From Bacteroidales bacterium (GTDB lineage Bacteria; Bacteroidota; Bacteroidia; Bacteroidales; WCHB1-69): 64,000 bases of DNA. The translations under genes and the position numbers were made by a program. The notes under the pieces are model-generated. The model did no database searches and was not told the origin of the DNA. It saw only the letters and a program-made list of their open reading frames with translations. Below, piece by piece: positions 36,615-47,619 of the stretch. Position 1 is the stretch's first letter; each line of letters begins with the position of its first letter. The stretch covers positions 11,772 to 75,771 of the forward strand of contig JAZLLK010000087.1 of the NCBI GenBank assembly GCA_045598105.1, written 5' to 3'.

Positions 36615-39600
36615 ATGCGAAACAAAGGATTTATTTCATTTTTTGCTGTAACTTTTGCTTTGGTATGTTTGTATTCTTTATCATTCACCTTTTGCACACG
36701 CAGAGTGGAGAATAAGGCTAAAGAATATGCACAAAATGACCCGAGTAAGGAGCTCTTAAGGGAGCAGGCACAAGGTAACACTTTTGTAGAGAGTTACTTA
36801 TTGGATTCTTCTGCTAAAGCAAGAGAGAATGATTATCTTTCCAGAATGGCTGACTCTGTAGTTTATAATTTAGGCTTTGCCAAATGGACTTACAGGGAAT
36901 GTAAAGAGTTGGAAGTTAATTTGGGATTGGACCTCAAGGGAGGTATGAACGTAATGTTGGAAGTTTCGGTTCCAGACATTGTAGAAGCTTTAGCCGGTAA
37001 TGGGTCTAAAGATTCTTTGTTTGTGAAAACAATGAAACTTGCCAAAGAAAAACAAAAAACATCCCAATCAGATTTTATATCACTATTTGAGCAATCGTTT
37101 AAGGAAGTAGCACCTGCCAATGCTAAATTATCCACTATTTTCCGTAAATTGCAATTGAATCAAAGCAATCCTGCCAATGGTGACGTAATTAAAGCTTTGC
37201 GTGAGGAAACAGAAGCAGCTTTGGAAAACACCTTTATGGTATTGCGTGCACGTATTGACCGTTTTGGCGTAGCACAGCCTAATATTCAGCGTTTGCCTCA
37301 GTCAGGGAGAATAATGATAGAATTACCCGGTGTAAAAGAGCCCGAGCGTGTACGTCGTTTGTTACAGGGTACGGCTAATTTGGAATTTTGGAAAACATAT
37401 GAATTATCAGAAATAGCCGGTTTATTCTCACAAATAGACGAGCGTGTAGCTACTTTGAATGACGAATCGGTTGAAGTAGCTGACGTAGTAGAGGAAACTT
37501 CTGAAACCGAGGAAATGGTTGCCGAAGGAGAGGAAGTGACTGAAGAAGTTACAACAGAGGGTGACACCTTAGAAGGTTTGCCTGAAGTGGAAGCTGATGA
37601 TGTTGCCGATAACAACCAAATGACAAGAGAAGAAGTATTGAAAAAATATCCTTTCTCTGCCCGTATTCAGTTCAATGACAGGCCTGATTCAGATGGTAAA
37701 TATGGTCCTTTGGTGGGTTTTGCCATGGAAGGTGATACTGCTGAAATTAATCGTATATTAGAATTAGACGTGGTAAAGAACATGTTACCACAGGATTTGA
37801 AGCTTTGTTGGCATGCTAAAACAGGTAAAGATAAAACAGCCATACACCAATTAATAGCCTTAAAGGCTGTAGGAGAAGCAGGTTGTATATTAGATGGCAA
37901 GGTGGTATCTGATGCACGTCAGGATTTCAATCAGCAATCCGGTAATGAAATCAGCATGACCATGAATCAGGAAGGTGCCAAGCGTTGGAAGAAGATAACC
38001 GAAGAAAATGTAGGTAATTGCATAGCCATAGTATTGGATAACTTAGTGTATTCGTATCCCAGAGTAAACGATGTAATTCCTAATGGCCGTTCTTCTATTA
38101 GTGGAGCTTTCTCATTGGAAGAAGCTAAAGACTTAGCAAACTTGCTTAAGGCCGGTAAATTACCTGCACCTGCAGTAATAGTTTCAGAAGAAATAGTAGG
38201 TCCTACCTTGGGTAAAGAATCTATACATGATAGTATAATATCATTTATTATAGCTTTCTGTTTGGTACTTATATACATGGTATTCTTCTATAACAGGGCT
38301 GGTATAGTAGCCAGTATAGCATTGATTACCAATATTCTTTTCCTGTTTGGTACATTGGCTTCATTGGGGGCTGTACTCACATTGCCGGGTATAGCCGGTA
38401 TAGTACTTACCTTAGGTATGGCTGTGGATGCTAACGTTATTATATACGAGCGTATAAAAGAAGAGTTGCGAGCCGGAAAAGCCATAAGAATGGCCATATC
38501 GGATGGTTATAGTGCAGCTTATTCAGCTATTATAGATGGTAACATTACTACTATTATTACCGGTATTATATTGTACATATTCGGTTCAGGTCCTGTACAG
38601 GGTTTTGCCACTACCTTAATAATAGGTATTCTCACCTCATTATTTACTGCTATATTCATTTCACGATTGGTATTTACTTGGGCATTGGATAGAAATATGG
38701 AATTAAATTTCTCCAATAGAATTACTCAAAATATATTTACCAATACACATTTTGATTTCTTATCAGTACGTAAAATATTCTATTGTATATCCGGCTTTAT
38801 AGTATTGGCAGGTATAATTTCATTATGTACTAAAGGTTTGGATTTAGGTATAGATTTTGCCGGTGGTCGTAGTTATACCATACGTTTTGACCAACCGGTA
38901 AAAACTGCTGAATTGCGTGAATCGCTTACTGCCGAATTTGAAGGTGTGGCACCTGAAGTAAAAACATTCGGATCAGATAATCAAATAAAGATAACCACTA
39001 AATGGAGAGTTAATGAAGATAATACTACAGTAGATTCATTGGCTGAAGATCATTTGTATAAAGGATTGTCTCCTTTCTTCAAAACAGAATTGACCAAAAC
39101 AGACTTTAGTGTACAAAACCAAAGTGTAGGTTTGATAAGTTCACAAAAAGTGGGAGCTACCGTATCAAAGGATATTACCCGTGGTGCTTTCATGGCAGTG
39201 TTCTTCTCATTAATAGCCATATTCATATACATAGCCTTCCGTTTCCGTAACTGGCAATTCGGTTTGGGCGGTATTATATCTTTGGTACACGTTACATTAA
39301 TCACCATAGGTTTGTACTCTTTGTTATATGGTATATTGCCGTTTACTATGGAAGCAGACCAATCGTTTATAGCGGCTATTTTGACCATTATAGGTTATGC
39401 TATTAACGATAGCGTGGTAATATTTGACCGTATACGTGAATACAAAACATTATATCCTAAGCGAGGAATAAGAGAAAATATGAATGCCGCTCTTAATTCT
39501 ACTTTAGGTCGTACTATTAATACATCAGGTACCACTATTGTAGTATTGTTATCCATCTTTATATTAGGTGGTGATGTAATACGCGGATTTGTATTTGCAT

Positions 39601-39704
39601 TGTTGGTAGGTATTATAGTAGGTCCGTATTCTTCTATATTCATTGGTTCATCAGTAGTGTATGACTTCAGAAATAAAAAAGGCGAAATAGAAGAACAAAA
39701 ATAA
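36615..39704 (+). CDS. secDF: Protein translocase subunit SecDF (fused)
   Basis: 1029 aa, with SecD and SecF TM bundles (LDLKGGMNV; TLPGIAGIVLTLGMAVDANVIIYERI; GYAINDSVVIFDRIRE). Confidence 0.93.
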   Translation: MRNKGFISFFAVTFALVCLYSLSFTFCTRRVENKAKEYAQNDPSKELLREQAQGNTFVESYLLDSSAKARENDYLSRMADSVVYNLGFAKWTYRECKELEVNLGLDLKGGMNVMLEVSVPDIVEALAGNGSKDSLFVKTMKLAKEKQKTSQSDFISLFEQSFKEVAPANAKLSTIFRKLQLNQSNPANGDVIKALREETEAALENTFMVLRARIDRFGVAQPNIQRLPQSGRIMIELPGVKEPERVRRLLQGTANLEFWKTYELSEIAGLFSQIDERVATLNDESVEVADVVEETSETEEMVAEGEEVTEEVTTEGDTLEGLPEVEADDVADNNQMTREEVLKKYPFSARIQFNDRPDSDGKYGPLVGFAMEGDTAEINRILELDVVKNMLPQDLKLCWHAKTGKDKTAIHQLIALKAVGEAGCILDGKVVSDARQDFNQQSGNEISMTMNQEGAKRWKKITEENVGNCIAIVLDNLVYSYPRVNDVIPNGRSSISGAFSLEEAKDLANLLKAGKLPAPAVIVSEEIVGPTLGKESIHDSIISFIIAFCLVLIYMVFFYNRAGIVASIALITNILFLFGTLASLGAVLTLPGIAGIVLTLGMAVDANVIIYERIKEELRAGKAIRMAISDGYSAAYSAIIDGNITTIITGIILYIFGSGPVQGFATTLIIGILTSLFTAIFISRLVFTWALDRNMELNFSNRITQNIFTNTHFDFLSVRKIFYCISGFIVLAGIISLCTKGLDLGIDFAGGRSYTIRFDQPVKTAELRESLTAEFEGVAPEVKTFGSDNQIKITTKWRVNEDNTTVDSLAEDHLYKGLSPFFKTELTKTDFSVQNQSVGLISSQKVGATVSKDITRGAFMAVFFSLIAIFIYIAFRFRNWQFGLGGIISLVHVTLITIGLYSLLYGILPFTMEADQSFIAAILTIIGYAINDSVVIFDRIREYKTLYPKRGIRENMNAALNSTLGRTINTSGTTIVVLLSIFILGGDVIRGFVFALLVGIIVGPYSSIFIGSSVVYDFRNKKGEIEEQK

Positions 39705-39720
39705 CGATATTGTATCAATA

Positions 39721-39758
39721 AAAAAAAGAAACTCCCTAAAAAGGAGTTTCTTTTTTTT
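39721..39758. terminator. Bidirectional terminator 1 (secDF/clpX convergence)
   Basis: GAAACTCC-ctaaaaa-GGAGTTTC flanked by A and T runs. Confidence 0.7.
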
Positions 39759-39781
39759 ATATACTGTGAATAAGCAGGGAT

Positions 39782-39821
39782 AAAAAAAGATTTTCCGAAG
39801 GTGAAGGAAAATCTTTTTTTT
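39782..39821. terminator. Bidirectional terminator 2
   Basis: GATTTTCC-gaaggtgaa-GGAAAATC flanked by A and T runs. Confidence 0.65.
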
Positions 39822-39847
39822 ATTGTAGGGTAAAATGCTATGTTATA

Positions 39848-41065
39848 TTATGCGAATATATGTTGGCATTTTTCTTGTACATATTCCAATGAAATGTTTA
39901 ATTGTTTGTTTTGGGTATCTATATTAAACATAGCATCGGTCATTACCTGCTCCATAATGGAGCGGAGGCCTCGGGCGCCCAGCTTAAGGTCTAAGGCTTT
40001 TTTTACTATAAAATTGATGGCTTCATCACAAAAGTGAAGGGTGATGTCATCCATGTCCAAAAGCTTGGTATATTGCTTTACCAAGGCATTTTTAGGTTGT
40101 AGTAATATGCGTTTCATACTTTCCTCATTCAGCGGACTCAGATGAGTAATTACAGGAAAACGACCACAAAGTTCAGGTATGAGCCCGTAGGCTTTAATAT
40201 CCTGGGCGGCCACATAATCCAAAAAATATCCTGATTTAATGGCGGTGTCTTTCTTTTTGTATCCTATAACATTAGTATTAAGGCGGTTAGCTATTTTTCT
40301 TTCTATACCGTCAAAAGCGCCACCGGCAATAAAAAGTATGTTTTGGGTGTTTATTTGTACAAATTTTTGTTCAGGATGTTTTCTTCCGCCTTCCGGTGGT
40401 ACATTTACTATGCTACCTTCCAAAAGTTTGAGCAGAGCCTGTTGAACACCTTCACCTGATACATCACGGGTAATAGAGGGATTATCTGCCGCGCGGGCTA
40501 TTTTATCTATTTCGTCTATGAATACTATACCGCGTTCGGCTTTAGCCACGTTATAGTCGGCGGCTTGCAGCAGGCGGCTGAGTATGCTTTCCACGTCTTC
40601 ACCCACATAGCCGGCTTGGGTAAATACGGTAGCATCGGCTATGCAGAAGGGGACGTCAATCATATTGGCAATAGTGCGGGCTAAAAGGGTTTTACCGGTA
40701 CCGGTTTCTCCTATGAGTATAATGTTGGATTTTTCTATTTCCACATCATCTTGGGAGCGTTTGTTGCAGTAGTCTATGCGTTTATAATGGTTATACACGG
40801 CTACTGACATTACCTTTTTGGCTTCTTCCTGGCCTATTACGTATTGATCCAAATATGCCTTAATTTCCTTAGGCTTTTTGTTCATGTGAAATTGGCAGGC
40901 GTCTTCGGTGTCTTTTTTTAGTTTTTCGCCTCGTATTTGCTGCATTATTTCGCCGGCGCGGGCAATGCACTGCTCACAAATGGAGCCGTCAAATCCATCT
41001 ATGAGCAAGTTAGAAGATGATTCATTTGCACCGCAAAAAGAGCAGCAGCGTGTTTTTTTTGCCAT
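39848..41065 (-). CDS. clpX: ATP-dependent Clp protease ATP-binding subunit ClpX
   Basis: Zinc finger CSFCG...CEQC and Walker A GETGTGKT. Confidence 0.95.
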   Translation of the reverse strand: MAKKTRCCSFCGANESSSNLLIDGFDGSICEQCIARAGEIMQQIRGEKLKKDTEDACQFHMNKKPKEIKAYLDQYVIGQEEAKKVMSVAVYNHYKRIDYCNKRSQDDVEIEKSNIILIGETGTGKTLLARTIANMIDVPFCIADATVFTQAGYVGEDVESILSRLLQAADYNVAKAERGIVFIDEIDKIARAADNPSITRDVSGEGVQQALLKLLEGSIVNVPPEGGRKHPEQKFVQINTQNILFIAGGAFDGIERKIANRLNTNVIGYKKKDTAIKSGYFLDYVAAQDIKAYGLIPELCGRFPVITHLSPLNEESMKRILLQPKNALVKQYTKLLDMDDITLHFCDEAINFIVKKALDLKLGARGLRSIMEQVMTDAMFNIDTQNKQLNISLEYVQEKCQHIFA

Positions 41066-41069
41066 AGTA

Positions 41070-41741
41070 CTATCGGTGTAATATTTCGTCTATCATACCG
41101 TAGTCTTTGGCTTCTTGGGCTGTCATCCAGTAGTCACGGTCGCTGTCTTTCCACACTTTATCAAAGTCCTGATTACTATGTGTGGCAATAATGTCATAGA
41201 GTTCGTGTTTTATTTTTTGAATTTCACGAGCTTCTATTTCTATATCTGATGCTTGTCCGGAGGCGCCACCCATGGGCTGATGTATCATTACTCGGGCATG
41301 TTTAAGTGCCGAGCGTTTGTTTTTTTGACCGGCACACAGCAGTACGGCAGCCATGGAGGCGGCCATACCGGTACATATGGTAGCTACGTCAGCACCTATG
41401 TATTGCATGGTGTCATATATGCCTAAGCCGGCGTATACACTTCCGCCGGGGGAGTTAATATATATTTGAATATCTTTTTGGGAATCTACTGATTCCAAAA
41501 ACAGTAATTGGGCTTGTATAATATTGGCCACATCATCGTAAATGGGCACACCCAAAAAGATAATTCTATCCATCATTAATCGGGAAAACACGTCCATAGA
41601 CACAGCATTGAGCTGGCGTTCTTCAATAATGTTTGGGGTAATATACTCACTCACCACCGAGGTATAATTATGCAATGTCATGCTATTAATACCCATGTGT
41701 TTAGTAGCATATTTTCTAAATTCGTCTTGCATATTCAGCAT
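41070..41741 (-). CDS. clpP: ATP-dependent Clp protease proteolytic subunit
   Basis: GMAASMAAVLL catalytic-Ser context and MIHQP. Confidence 0.93.
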   Translation of the reverse strand: MLNMQDEFRKYATKHMGINSMTLHNYTSVVSEYITPNIIEERQLNAVSMDVFSRLMMDRIIFLGVPIYDDVANIIQAQLLFLESVDSQKDIQIYINSPGGSVYAGLGIYDTMQYIGADVATICTGMAASMAAVLLCAGQKNKRSALKHARVMIHQPMGGASGQASDIEIEAREIQKIKHELYDIIATHSNQDFDKVWKDSDRDYWMTAQEAKDYGMIDEILHR

Positions 41742-41743
41742 AA

Positions 41744-43120
41744 CTATTCGTTTTCTTTTTTAGTACTTTTTTTAGTTGTTTTGGTTTTTTTAGGTTCTCC
41801 GCTGGCTTCAGTCATAAAATCCTGATAGCTGAGTTCTTTTACCTTAGGAGTTAATTTTGCTCTTAAGCCTTCGGTAATTTTTTCAAAGAAAAGGTTTTCG
41901 TAAGCGTTTTTGAAATTTTCCTGATTTTTCATCATTTCATGAGCAAAATTTTCTACCTGGGCTTCCTGTTCGGCGGGCAGTACTTCGGCAGAACCAAAAT
42001 AGCTTAAGCGTATGTAGTCTTTAATGTATTTGGTAACATCGTCAGCTTCTATTTTTATTTCGCAATCTCTGGCTATTTGGTCTTCCAGCAATTGGTAAAC
42101 TATAGATTTTTTAACATTTTCATATTGTTCATCTATATTTTCGGCGGTATATTTATCGTTGGTTTCTACCAAATAAGCCTTAATAAAGTTATCGGGTAAT
42201 TCCATAGAAGTGTGGTCCATCATGGTGTCCACCACTTTATTTCTATAATATATGTTAGCGTCGTTTACGTAACGAAGTTCTATTTGTGATTTTATTTTAT
42301 CACGTAAAGCGGCTTCATCTTTTACGCTACCATCGGGGAACATTTTGGTAAAGAAATCTTCATCCAAGTCAGCGGATTCCACGTGGTGAATAGCGTTAAT
42401 GGTAACTTTTACTGTTTGAGGTGCAGTGGCCAATTCGTCTATTTTTACTTTTAGGAATGTGGAACGTTCGTAGTCGCTTTTGAATACTTTGGTAGTATCT
42501 ATGTTTACTTCTTCGTGTAACTTTTTACCTACAAATTCATTCAAACATTCATCTTTTAAATAGGATAGTACCAATGAGGAGGTGAAAGCTTCGCCTTGTT
42601 CGGGAGTAACATTCACCAGCAGCATATCTTCAGCTACGGCTTCTTCGGTAGAAGAGAATTTACCTACGCGTTTACGCATGCTTTCTATTTCGGTATTTAT
42701 TTCGGTATCAGTGGCTGTAATGTGGTAGTCTCCTACTTTTTTAGCACATTCGTAGTCTACTGTAATATTGGGGCATATACCTATTTCAAAAGAGAAACTG
42801 AATTTATCGGCATGGTTAAAATCACCTTCTGTTTTTTCAGGCTTGGCTATGGGTTCAAACAGAATATTTAAATTTTCATCACGAAGGTATTGGTATAATT
42901 TGTCATTGGTGAGCTTGCTTATTTCATCTACCAATACAGCTTTACCATATTTACTGGTAATAATACCCATAGGAACATGGCCGGGACGAAAACCGGGTTC
43001 ATTAGCTTTGCGTTTTAAATCCTTTAATGATTTTTCTACCATTTCTTTATAATCGGCAGGTTCAAAATTAATAGTAAGCATTTCATGCATGTTGCCGATT
43101 TGTTCTCTTTTAATATTCAT
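41744..43120 (-). CDS. tig: Trigger factor
   Basis: GFRPGHVP ribosome-binding signature. Sits in the tig-clpP-clpX order. Confidence 0.9.
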   Translation of the reverse strand: MNIKREQIGNMHEMLTINFEPADYKEMVEKSLKDLKRKANEPGFRPGHVPMGIITSKYGKAVLVDEISKLTNDKLYQYLRDENLNILFEPIAKPEKTEGDFNHADKFSFSFEIGICPNITVDYECAKKVGDYHITATDTEINTEIESMRKRVGKFSSTEEAVAEDMLLVNVTPEQGEAFTSSLVLSYLKDECLNEFVGKKLHEEVNIDTTKVFKSDYERSTFLKVKIDELATAPQTVKVTINAIHHVESADLDEDFFTKMFPDGSVKDEAALRDKIKSQIELRYVNDANIYYRNKVVDTMMDHTSMELPDNFIKAYLVETNDKYTAENIDEQYENVKKSIVYQLLEDQIARDCEIKIEADDVTKYIKDYIRLSYFGSAEVLPAEQEAQVENFAHEMMKNQENFKNAYENLFFEKITEGLRAKLTPKVKELSYQDFMTEASGEPKKTKTTKKSTKKENE

Positions 43121-43166
43121 TCGTGTATATTATTTTTTACAATTATTATTAATATTACTAATTTTA

Positions 43167-43174
43167 CAAAGATA
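43167..43174 (-). promoter_or_regulatory. -7 box TAtcTTTG on minus strand (tig operon)
   Basis: The plus strand reads CAAAGATA, 47 nt upstream of the tig ATG. Confidence 0.5.
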
Positions 43175-43376
43175 TAATAAATTTATGAGATTTTCTTTAT
43201 AGTAAAAGGAGAAAAAAAACCAACGCAAATAATTGTATTACATAGTTGTAGAAATTTATTTGATTTTTTTCCTTTTTTGTCAGAGGCGTGAATTTTGCAG
43301 TTTTTTTGCCCTGTTAGGGGCAAAAAAAAATAGTGTAATGCATTACACTATTTTTAAAATAAAAACTGATTAAAAG

Positions 43377-44195
43377 TTATCGTTGAATGATAAATTTTTG
43401 GCTAATACCATTATATGTATATATATATATACCGGCGGGGTAGTGTGATACATTAAGCATAATGTGGTTAAAGCTGCCTTCTATTTGTTTTTGTTCCATT
43501 AATTGTCCCTGTATATTATATATTTGCATTATGGCTATTTCGCCTTTATTAAGCAGATAGGGTAAGTTTACTATATTTTGGGAAGGATTAGGGAAGGGGG
43601 GATTAAGGTTAGCATTTGCTTTTTCAGTTTCGCTGATAGAAGTATAGCACTTGCCTGGTAATGTATATATTACGGTATAGTTTTCATGTTCTCCACCCGA
43701 GGAATACATGTTTAGTCGGCAGGAGCCGTCAGCCAGCACGCTTACGCTACCACCGTTACACGAGCCTTCAAGTGTGCCAAAATCATGTACTATGTTACCA
43801 TCTTCATTTACTATGTATGGGTGGTAAGTTTTGTTAGAATAGTTAATGGGCTGGGTATAAAAGCAGAATTCTATTTTATTGTCGGCATTGAATAGCCGTT
43901 TGCTCATGGCACCGCGTCCGTACTGGTAGTAATTATTGGCCCACAGCATATTCCATGAGCATGTATCGGGAATATAAGGGGTAAGGTCCACAATACGATA
44001 CAGAGAATAATCCTGATTATATATTTTTACCAAATAATTGAGTTCGTGGGTACGTATTTCGGTAAAATAGTAGAGGGTATCATCTACTGATATGGTGTAC
44101 CAGTATTCGTTTACAGAGTGCGCTTTAGTAATTTGTGCTTGAGTAAAAGGTAGTGCAAGCAGTAAAAAGTATAGGTTTAATAAAATTTTTTTCAT
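43377..44195 (-). CDS. T9SS C-terminal-sorting-domain protein
   Basis: Signal peptide MKKILLNLYFLLLALPFTQAQ and a C-terminal FPNPSQNIVNL...GIYIYTY tail domain. Confidence 0.65.
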   Translation of the reverse strand: MKKILLNLYFLLLALPFTQAQITKAHSVNEYWYTISVDDTLYYFTEIRTHELNYLVKIYNQDYSLYRIVDLTPYIPDTCSWNMLWANNYYQYGRGAMSKRLFNADNKIEFCFYTQPINYSNKTYHPYIVNEDGNIVHDFGTLEGSCNGGSVSVLADGSCRLNMYSSGGEHENYTVIYTLPGKCYTSISETEKANANLNPPFPNPSQNIVNLPYLLNKGEIAIMQIYNIQGQLMEQKQIEGSFNHIMLNVSHYPAGIYIYTYNGISQKFIIQR

Positions 44196-44201
44196 ATTAT
44201 A

Positions 44202-44546
44202 TTATTTTAGAAGGTTATTATCAGGAAATACGCATATAGGTTTATGAGTGGCAGCTTCTTCGGGAGTGAAGGAGGCATAAGATATAATAATAACAATATC
44301 ACCTACTTTTGCTTTATGGGCGGCGGCTCCGTTAAGGCATATAATACCGCTTTTACGTTTACCTTTAATAACGTAAGTAACCAAACGTTCACCATTGGTA
44401 ACATTTACCACATGTACTTTTTCATATTCCATCAAATGTGCGGCCTCCATCAGGTCCTCATCTATGGTAATGCTGCCTATATAGTTTACATTGGCTTGAG
44501 TAACCTTAACACGATGAATTTTTGATTTTAAAAGTTCTATTTGCAT
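44202..44546 (-). CDS. panD: Aspartate 1-decarboxylase
   Basis: Self-processing site YIGSITID. 114 aa. Confidence 0.93.
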   Translation of the reverse strand: MQIELLKSKIHRVKVTQANVNYIGSITIDEDLMEAAHLMEYEKVHVVNVTNGERLVTYVIKGKRKSGIICLNGAAAHKAKVGDIVIIISYASFTPEEAATHKPICVFPDNNLLK

Positions 44547-44553
44547 GATGGGT

Positions 44554-45393
44554 TTATTTTAGAGTAATATTGTCAATAAGTCTAACATTGTCTATCCAGG
44601 CGGTAATGCATATTACTATGGATGAGCATTCGTCATAGTTGTGAACGGGTTGTAATGTTTCGCCATTTACTATTTGCACATATTCCAATTCAAAATTAGT
44701 GTTGGCGGCAAATTGCTGTTCTATCCATGCCTGTAATTGGGGTACGCTCATGCGGTTCATATTGGCTTTGGCTGCCTGTAGGGTATGATATATGAAGGGT
44801 GCTTCCTTGCGGGCCTGCTCCGATAGTCGCTTATTACGGGAACTTAGGGCCAGGCCGTCTTCGGAGCGTACTATTTCTACCGGTCGTATTTCTATATTCA
44901 AATGCTCGGTTTTTACCAAATGTTGAATAATAACCAACTGCTGAAAGTCTTTTTTACCAAAATAGGCTCTATGAGGCTGTACCATGTGAAACAAACGATT
45001 CACTACTATGCCCACGCCATTAAAATGGCCGGGACGCATAGCGCCTTCCATTACCTGTTCCAGCGGACCAAAATCATATTTTTCAGTGGGTGGAGTAGGG
45101 TACATTTCCTCTACGGAAGGCATAAAGCATATATCACAATAGTTTTGAATAAGGGCTATATCCTGTTCCGGCAGGCGGGGGTATTTTTCCAAGTCCTCCT
45201 GATTATTGAATTGAACCGGATTCACAAATATGGAGCATACCACTATGTCGTTTTCGGCTTTGGCCTGTTTTATAAGGGTGAGGTGACCATTATGTAAAGC
45301 ACCCATAGTGGGCACCAGTCCCACTTGTTTACCTTCTTTTTTGTAAGCGTTCACGGCATTTTGTAATGCCGATTTGGTATTAACTATAATCAT
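44554..45393 (-). CDS. panC: Pantoate--beta-alanine ligase
   Basis: [16 protein letters not shown]-type motif. 279 aa. Confidence 0.93.
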   Translation of the reverse strand: MIIVNTKSALQNAVNAYKKEGKQVGLVPTMGALHNGHLTLIKQAKAENDIVVCSIFVNPVQFNNQEDLEKYPRLPEQDIALIQNYCDICFMPSVEEMYPTPPTEKYDFGPLEQVMEGAMRPGHFNGVGIVVNRLFHMVQPHRAYFGKKDFQQLVIIQHLVKTEHLNIEIRPVEIVRSEDGLALSSRNKRLSEQARKEAPFIYHTLQAAKANMNRMSVPQLQAWIEQQFAANTNFELEYVQIVNGETLQPVHNYDECSSIVICITAWIDNVRLIDNITLK

Positions 45394-45644
45394 TATATGT
45401 TCTTCTTTTGGGCTTTGGCGGCTATGCAGCTACGCAAAAAAAGCAGTTTTTGGTATATAAAGCCTATATTCTACCTTCTTTTTTCTCTACAGAGGAAAAA
45501 GTATTTTGCATATTAGCAATACATTAGCACCAATGCTAATATTATATATTTAAGCGAACAAATGTATAAATTTTTGTCCACAAAAACAGGTATAAGAGTA
45601 AATATTTTTTTTGACGCAGCCATTTACGGTATATATTTTTATGT

Positions 45645-45652
45645 TATTTTTG
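45645..45652 (+). promoter_or_regulatory. -7 box TAttTTTG (bcp)
   Basis: 26 nt upstream of the ATG at 45678. Confidence 0.5.
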
Positions 45653-45677
45653 CTTACAAATAAAAGCAAAGCATATT

Positions 45678-46124
45678 ATGTTATCAATAGGAACCAAAGC
45701 ACCTGATTTTACGGGTATAATTGAAACGGGCGAAAAAGTAAGCCTTAGTGATTATAAAGGGAAAAAGTTGGTATTATATTTTTATCCTAAAGACAGCACT
45801 CCCGGATGCACGGCCGAGGCCTGTGACTTGCGGGATCATTATAAATTATTTATATCGCAGGGGTATGAAATATTAGGAGTAAGTAAGGATAGTACGGCGT
45901 CACACCAAAAATTTATAGCCAAATACGATTTACCGTTTCATTTGATAAGTGATACTGACAAGGTAATATTAAAGGCTTATGAAGCGTGGGGTATAAAAAA
46001 GCTATATGGTAAAGAAAGTGAGGGTATCATACGTACCACATATATAATAGATGAACAGGGAACAATAACCGATGCCGTAGCCAAAGTGGATACCCAAAAT
46101 CATACGGCACAATTATTGAAATAA
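45678..46124 (+). CDS. bcp: Thioredoxin-dependent peroxiredoxin Bcp
   Basis: FYPKDSTPGCTAEA peroxidatic-Cys motif. Confidence 0.9.
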   Translation: MLSIGTKAPDFTGIIETGEKVSLSDYKGKKLVLYFYPKDSTPGCTAEACDLRDHYKLFISQGYEILGVSKDSTASHQKFIAKYDLPFHLISDTDKVILKAYEAWGIKKLYGKESEGIIRTTYIIDEQGTITDAVAKVDTQNHTAQLLK

Positions 46125-46135
46125 TATATAGTAAA

Positions 46136-46720
46136 ATGAAAAAGCATATTTTGTTATGTATATACATTGTATGTGCAGGGAGTATTATTGCTCAAAATAA
46201 GTTACAGGGTTTTAGTGGCGGAATGATGCTGCATACCGGGTACTTACAGGGTGAAATATTACAGGTAAATAATGTATTTAAAGGGGCACCTTTTGGTTTG
46301 GGAGGGGTAGCCCGTTTGCATTTAGGTCAACATTGGATGTTGGGAGCGGAAGGGTATGTATCAACATTAAAGCAAATGAAAAACGGGAGTTATATTAAAT
46401 ATTGTTGGGGCGGCATACTGGGTGTGTTTTATTGGCAATTTGAGCATGTAATGCCTTATGTGGGAATAATGGCGGGAGGTGGAAGTCAAACCGGTTTTTT
46501 ACTTTTTTCCGGAAGTAAGGATGATTGGGAAGTTGAAGAGTATGCAATATTTCACAAACAGGCTTTTGGGGCTGTAAATCCGTTTATAGGTTGTGATTTT
46601 ATTCTTACTTCTTTTTTACATCTTACGTTAAAAATGGATTGTTTAAACGGATTTACAAGTTATGGGTTGGTAAAACCCATGGGGCCTCGATTATATATAG
46701 GGTGTATATTTTATAGGTAG
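46136..46720 (+). CDS. Small secreted protein, probable outer-membrane beta-barrel
   Basis: Signal peptide, an alternating Gly/aromatic-rich pattern, and a terminal aromatic-containing FYR. Confidence 0.35.
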   Translation: MKKHILLCIYIVCAGSIIAQNKLQGFSGGMMLHTGYLQGEILQVNNVFKGAPFGLGGVARLHLGQHWMLGAEGYVSTLKQMKNGSYIKYCWGGILGVFYWQFEHVMPYVGIMAGGGSQTGFLLFSGSKDDWEVEEYAIFHKQAFGAVNPFIGCDFILTSFLHLTLKMDCLNGFTSYGLVKPMGPRLYIGCIFYR

Positions 46721-46723
46721 GAG

Positions 46724-47452
46724 TTATCGTTTGAGTATGAATTTTTCACCCAAATATACTTTTTTTACTTTTTCGTCTTCGGCCAGTATTTCAGGCGTAC
46801 CGCTACGGAATACGCTTCCGTTTACCAATATGTAGGCGTAGTCGGTAATGGCTAAGGTTTCATCTACATTATGGTCTGTAATGAGGATGCCTATATTTTT
46901 TTCTTTCAGCTTGGCTACTATGGATTGAATATCTTCCACCGCTATGGGGTCCACACCGGCAAAGGGTTCATCCAGCAGTATAAAATTAGGACCGGTAGCC
47001 AGGCTGCGGGCTATTTCGGTACGACGGCGTTCACCTCCTGACAGCTGGCGACCCTGGCTTTTGCGAATACGCTGCAGGCCAAATTCATCCAGCAGACTTT
47101 CTAATTTGTCGTTTTGTTCTTTTTTGGTAAGCCGGGTAAACTGGAGTACGCTGCGTATGTTATCTTCTACTGTCATGGTACGAAATACCGAGGCTTCCTG
47201 TGCCAAATAGCCTATACCCATACGTGCCCGCTGGTACATGGGCATTTCGGTAATGTTAATGTCATTAAGATATACTTTACCCGAATAAGGCTTAATAAGC
47301 CCTACTATGGTGTAAAACGATGTGGTTTTACCGGCACCGTTAGGTCCTAGCAGCCCTACTATTTGCCCTTGTTTTACTTCTATGCTTACATCGTTTACTA
47401 CCATGCGGTTATGGTATTTTTTGAAAATAGATTCGGTACGAAGTATATCCAT
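46724..47452 (-). CDS. lptB: LPS export ABC transporter ATP-binding protein
   Basis: [17 protein letters not shown] and ILLDEPFAG. The ATG at 47452 ([10 protein letters not shown]) is preferred over the 50-aa low-complexity extension in the ORF track. Confidence 0.9.
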   Translation of the reverse strand: MDILRTESIFKKYHNRMVVNDVSIEVKQGQIVGLLGPNGAGKTTSFYTIVGLIKPYSGKVYLNDINITEMPMYQRARMGIGYLAQEASVFRTMTVEDNIRSVLQFTRLTKKEQNDKLESLLDEFGLQRIRKSQGRQLSGGERRRTEIARSLATGPNFILLDEPFAGVDPIAVEDIQSIVAKLKEKNIGILITDHNVDETLAITDYAYILVNGSVFRSGTPEILAEDEKVKKVYLGEKFILKR

Positions 47453-47578
47453 ATTATATATATATTGTGTGGCTGCAAAATTAGCATTTTTATTTGAAGC
47501 GTACCTGCTTAAGAAAAAAATAAATGTGAAGCTGTCTTTTTTTGTTAAAAAGTGGACGGGTGGTCTATAAAAAAATTG

Positions 47579-47586
47579 TACTTTTG
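47579..47586 (+). promoter_or_regulatory. -7 box TActTTTG (purL)
   Basis: 34 nt upstream of the ATG at 47620. Confidence 0.5.
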
Positions 47587-47619
47587 CAATATATATTTTC
47601 ATAAAAAATCATATTGCAA

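Noticed and set aside
36584-39718. A series of 65-112-aa minus-strand ORFs inside secDF, and similar antisense ORFs inside purL, the hdr-like genes, mnmG, purH and others.
   Set aside because: All are antisense to long ORFs with strong family motifs. They are typical shadow ORFs and have no promoter or RBS context.
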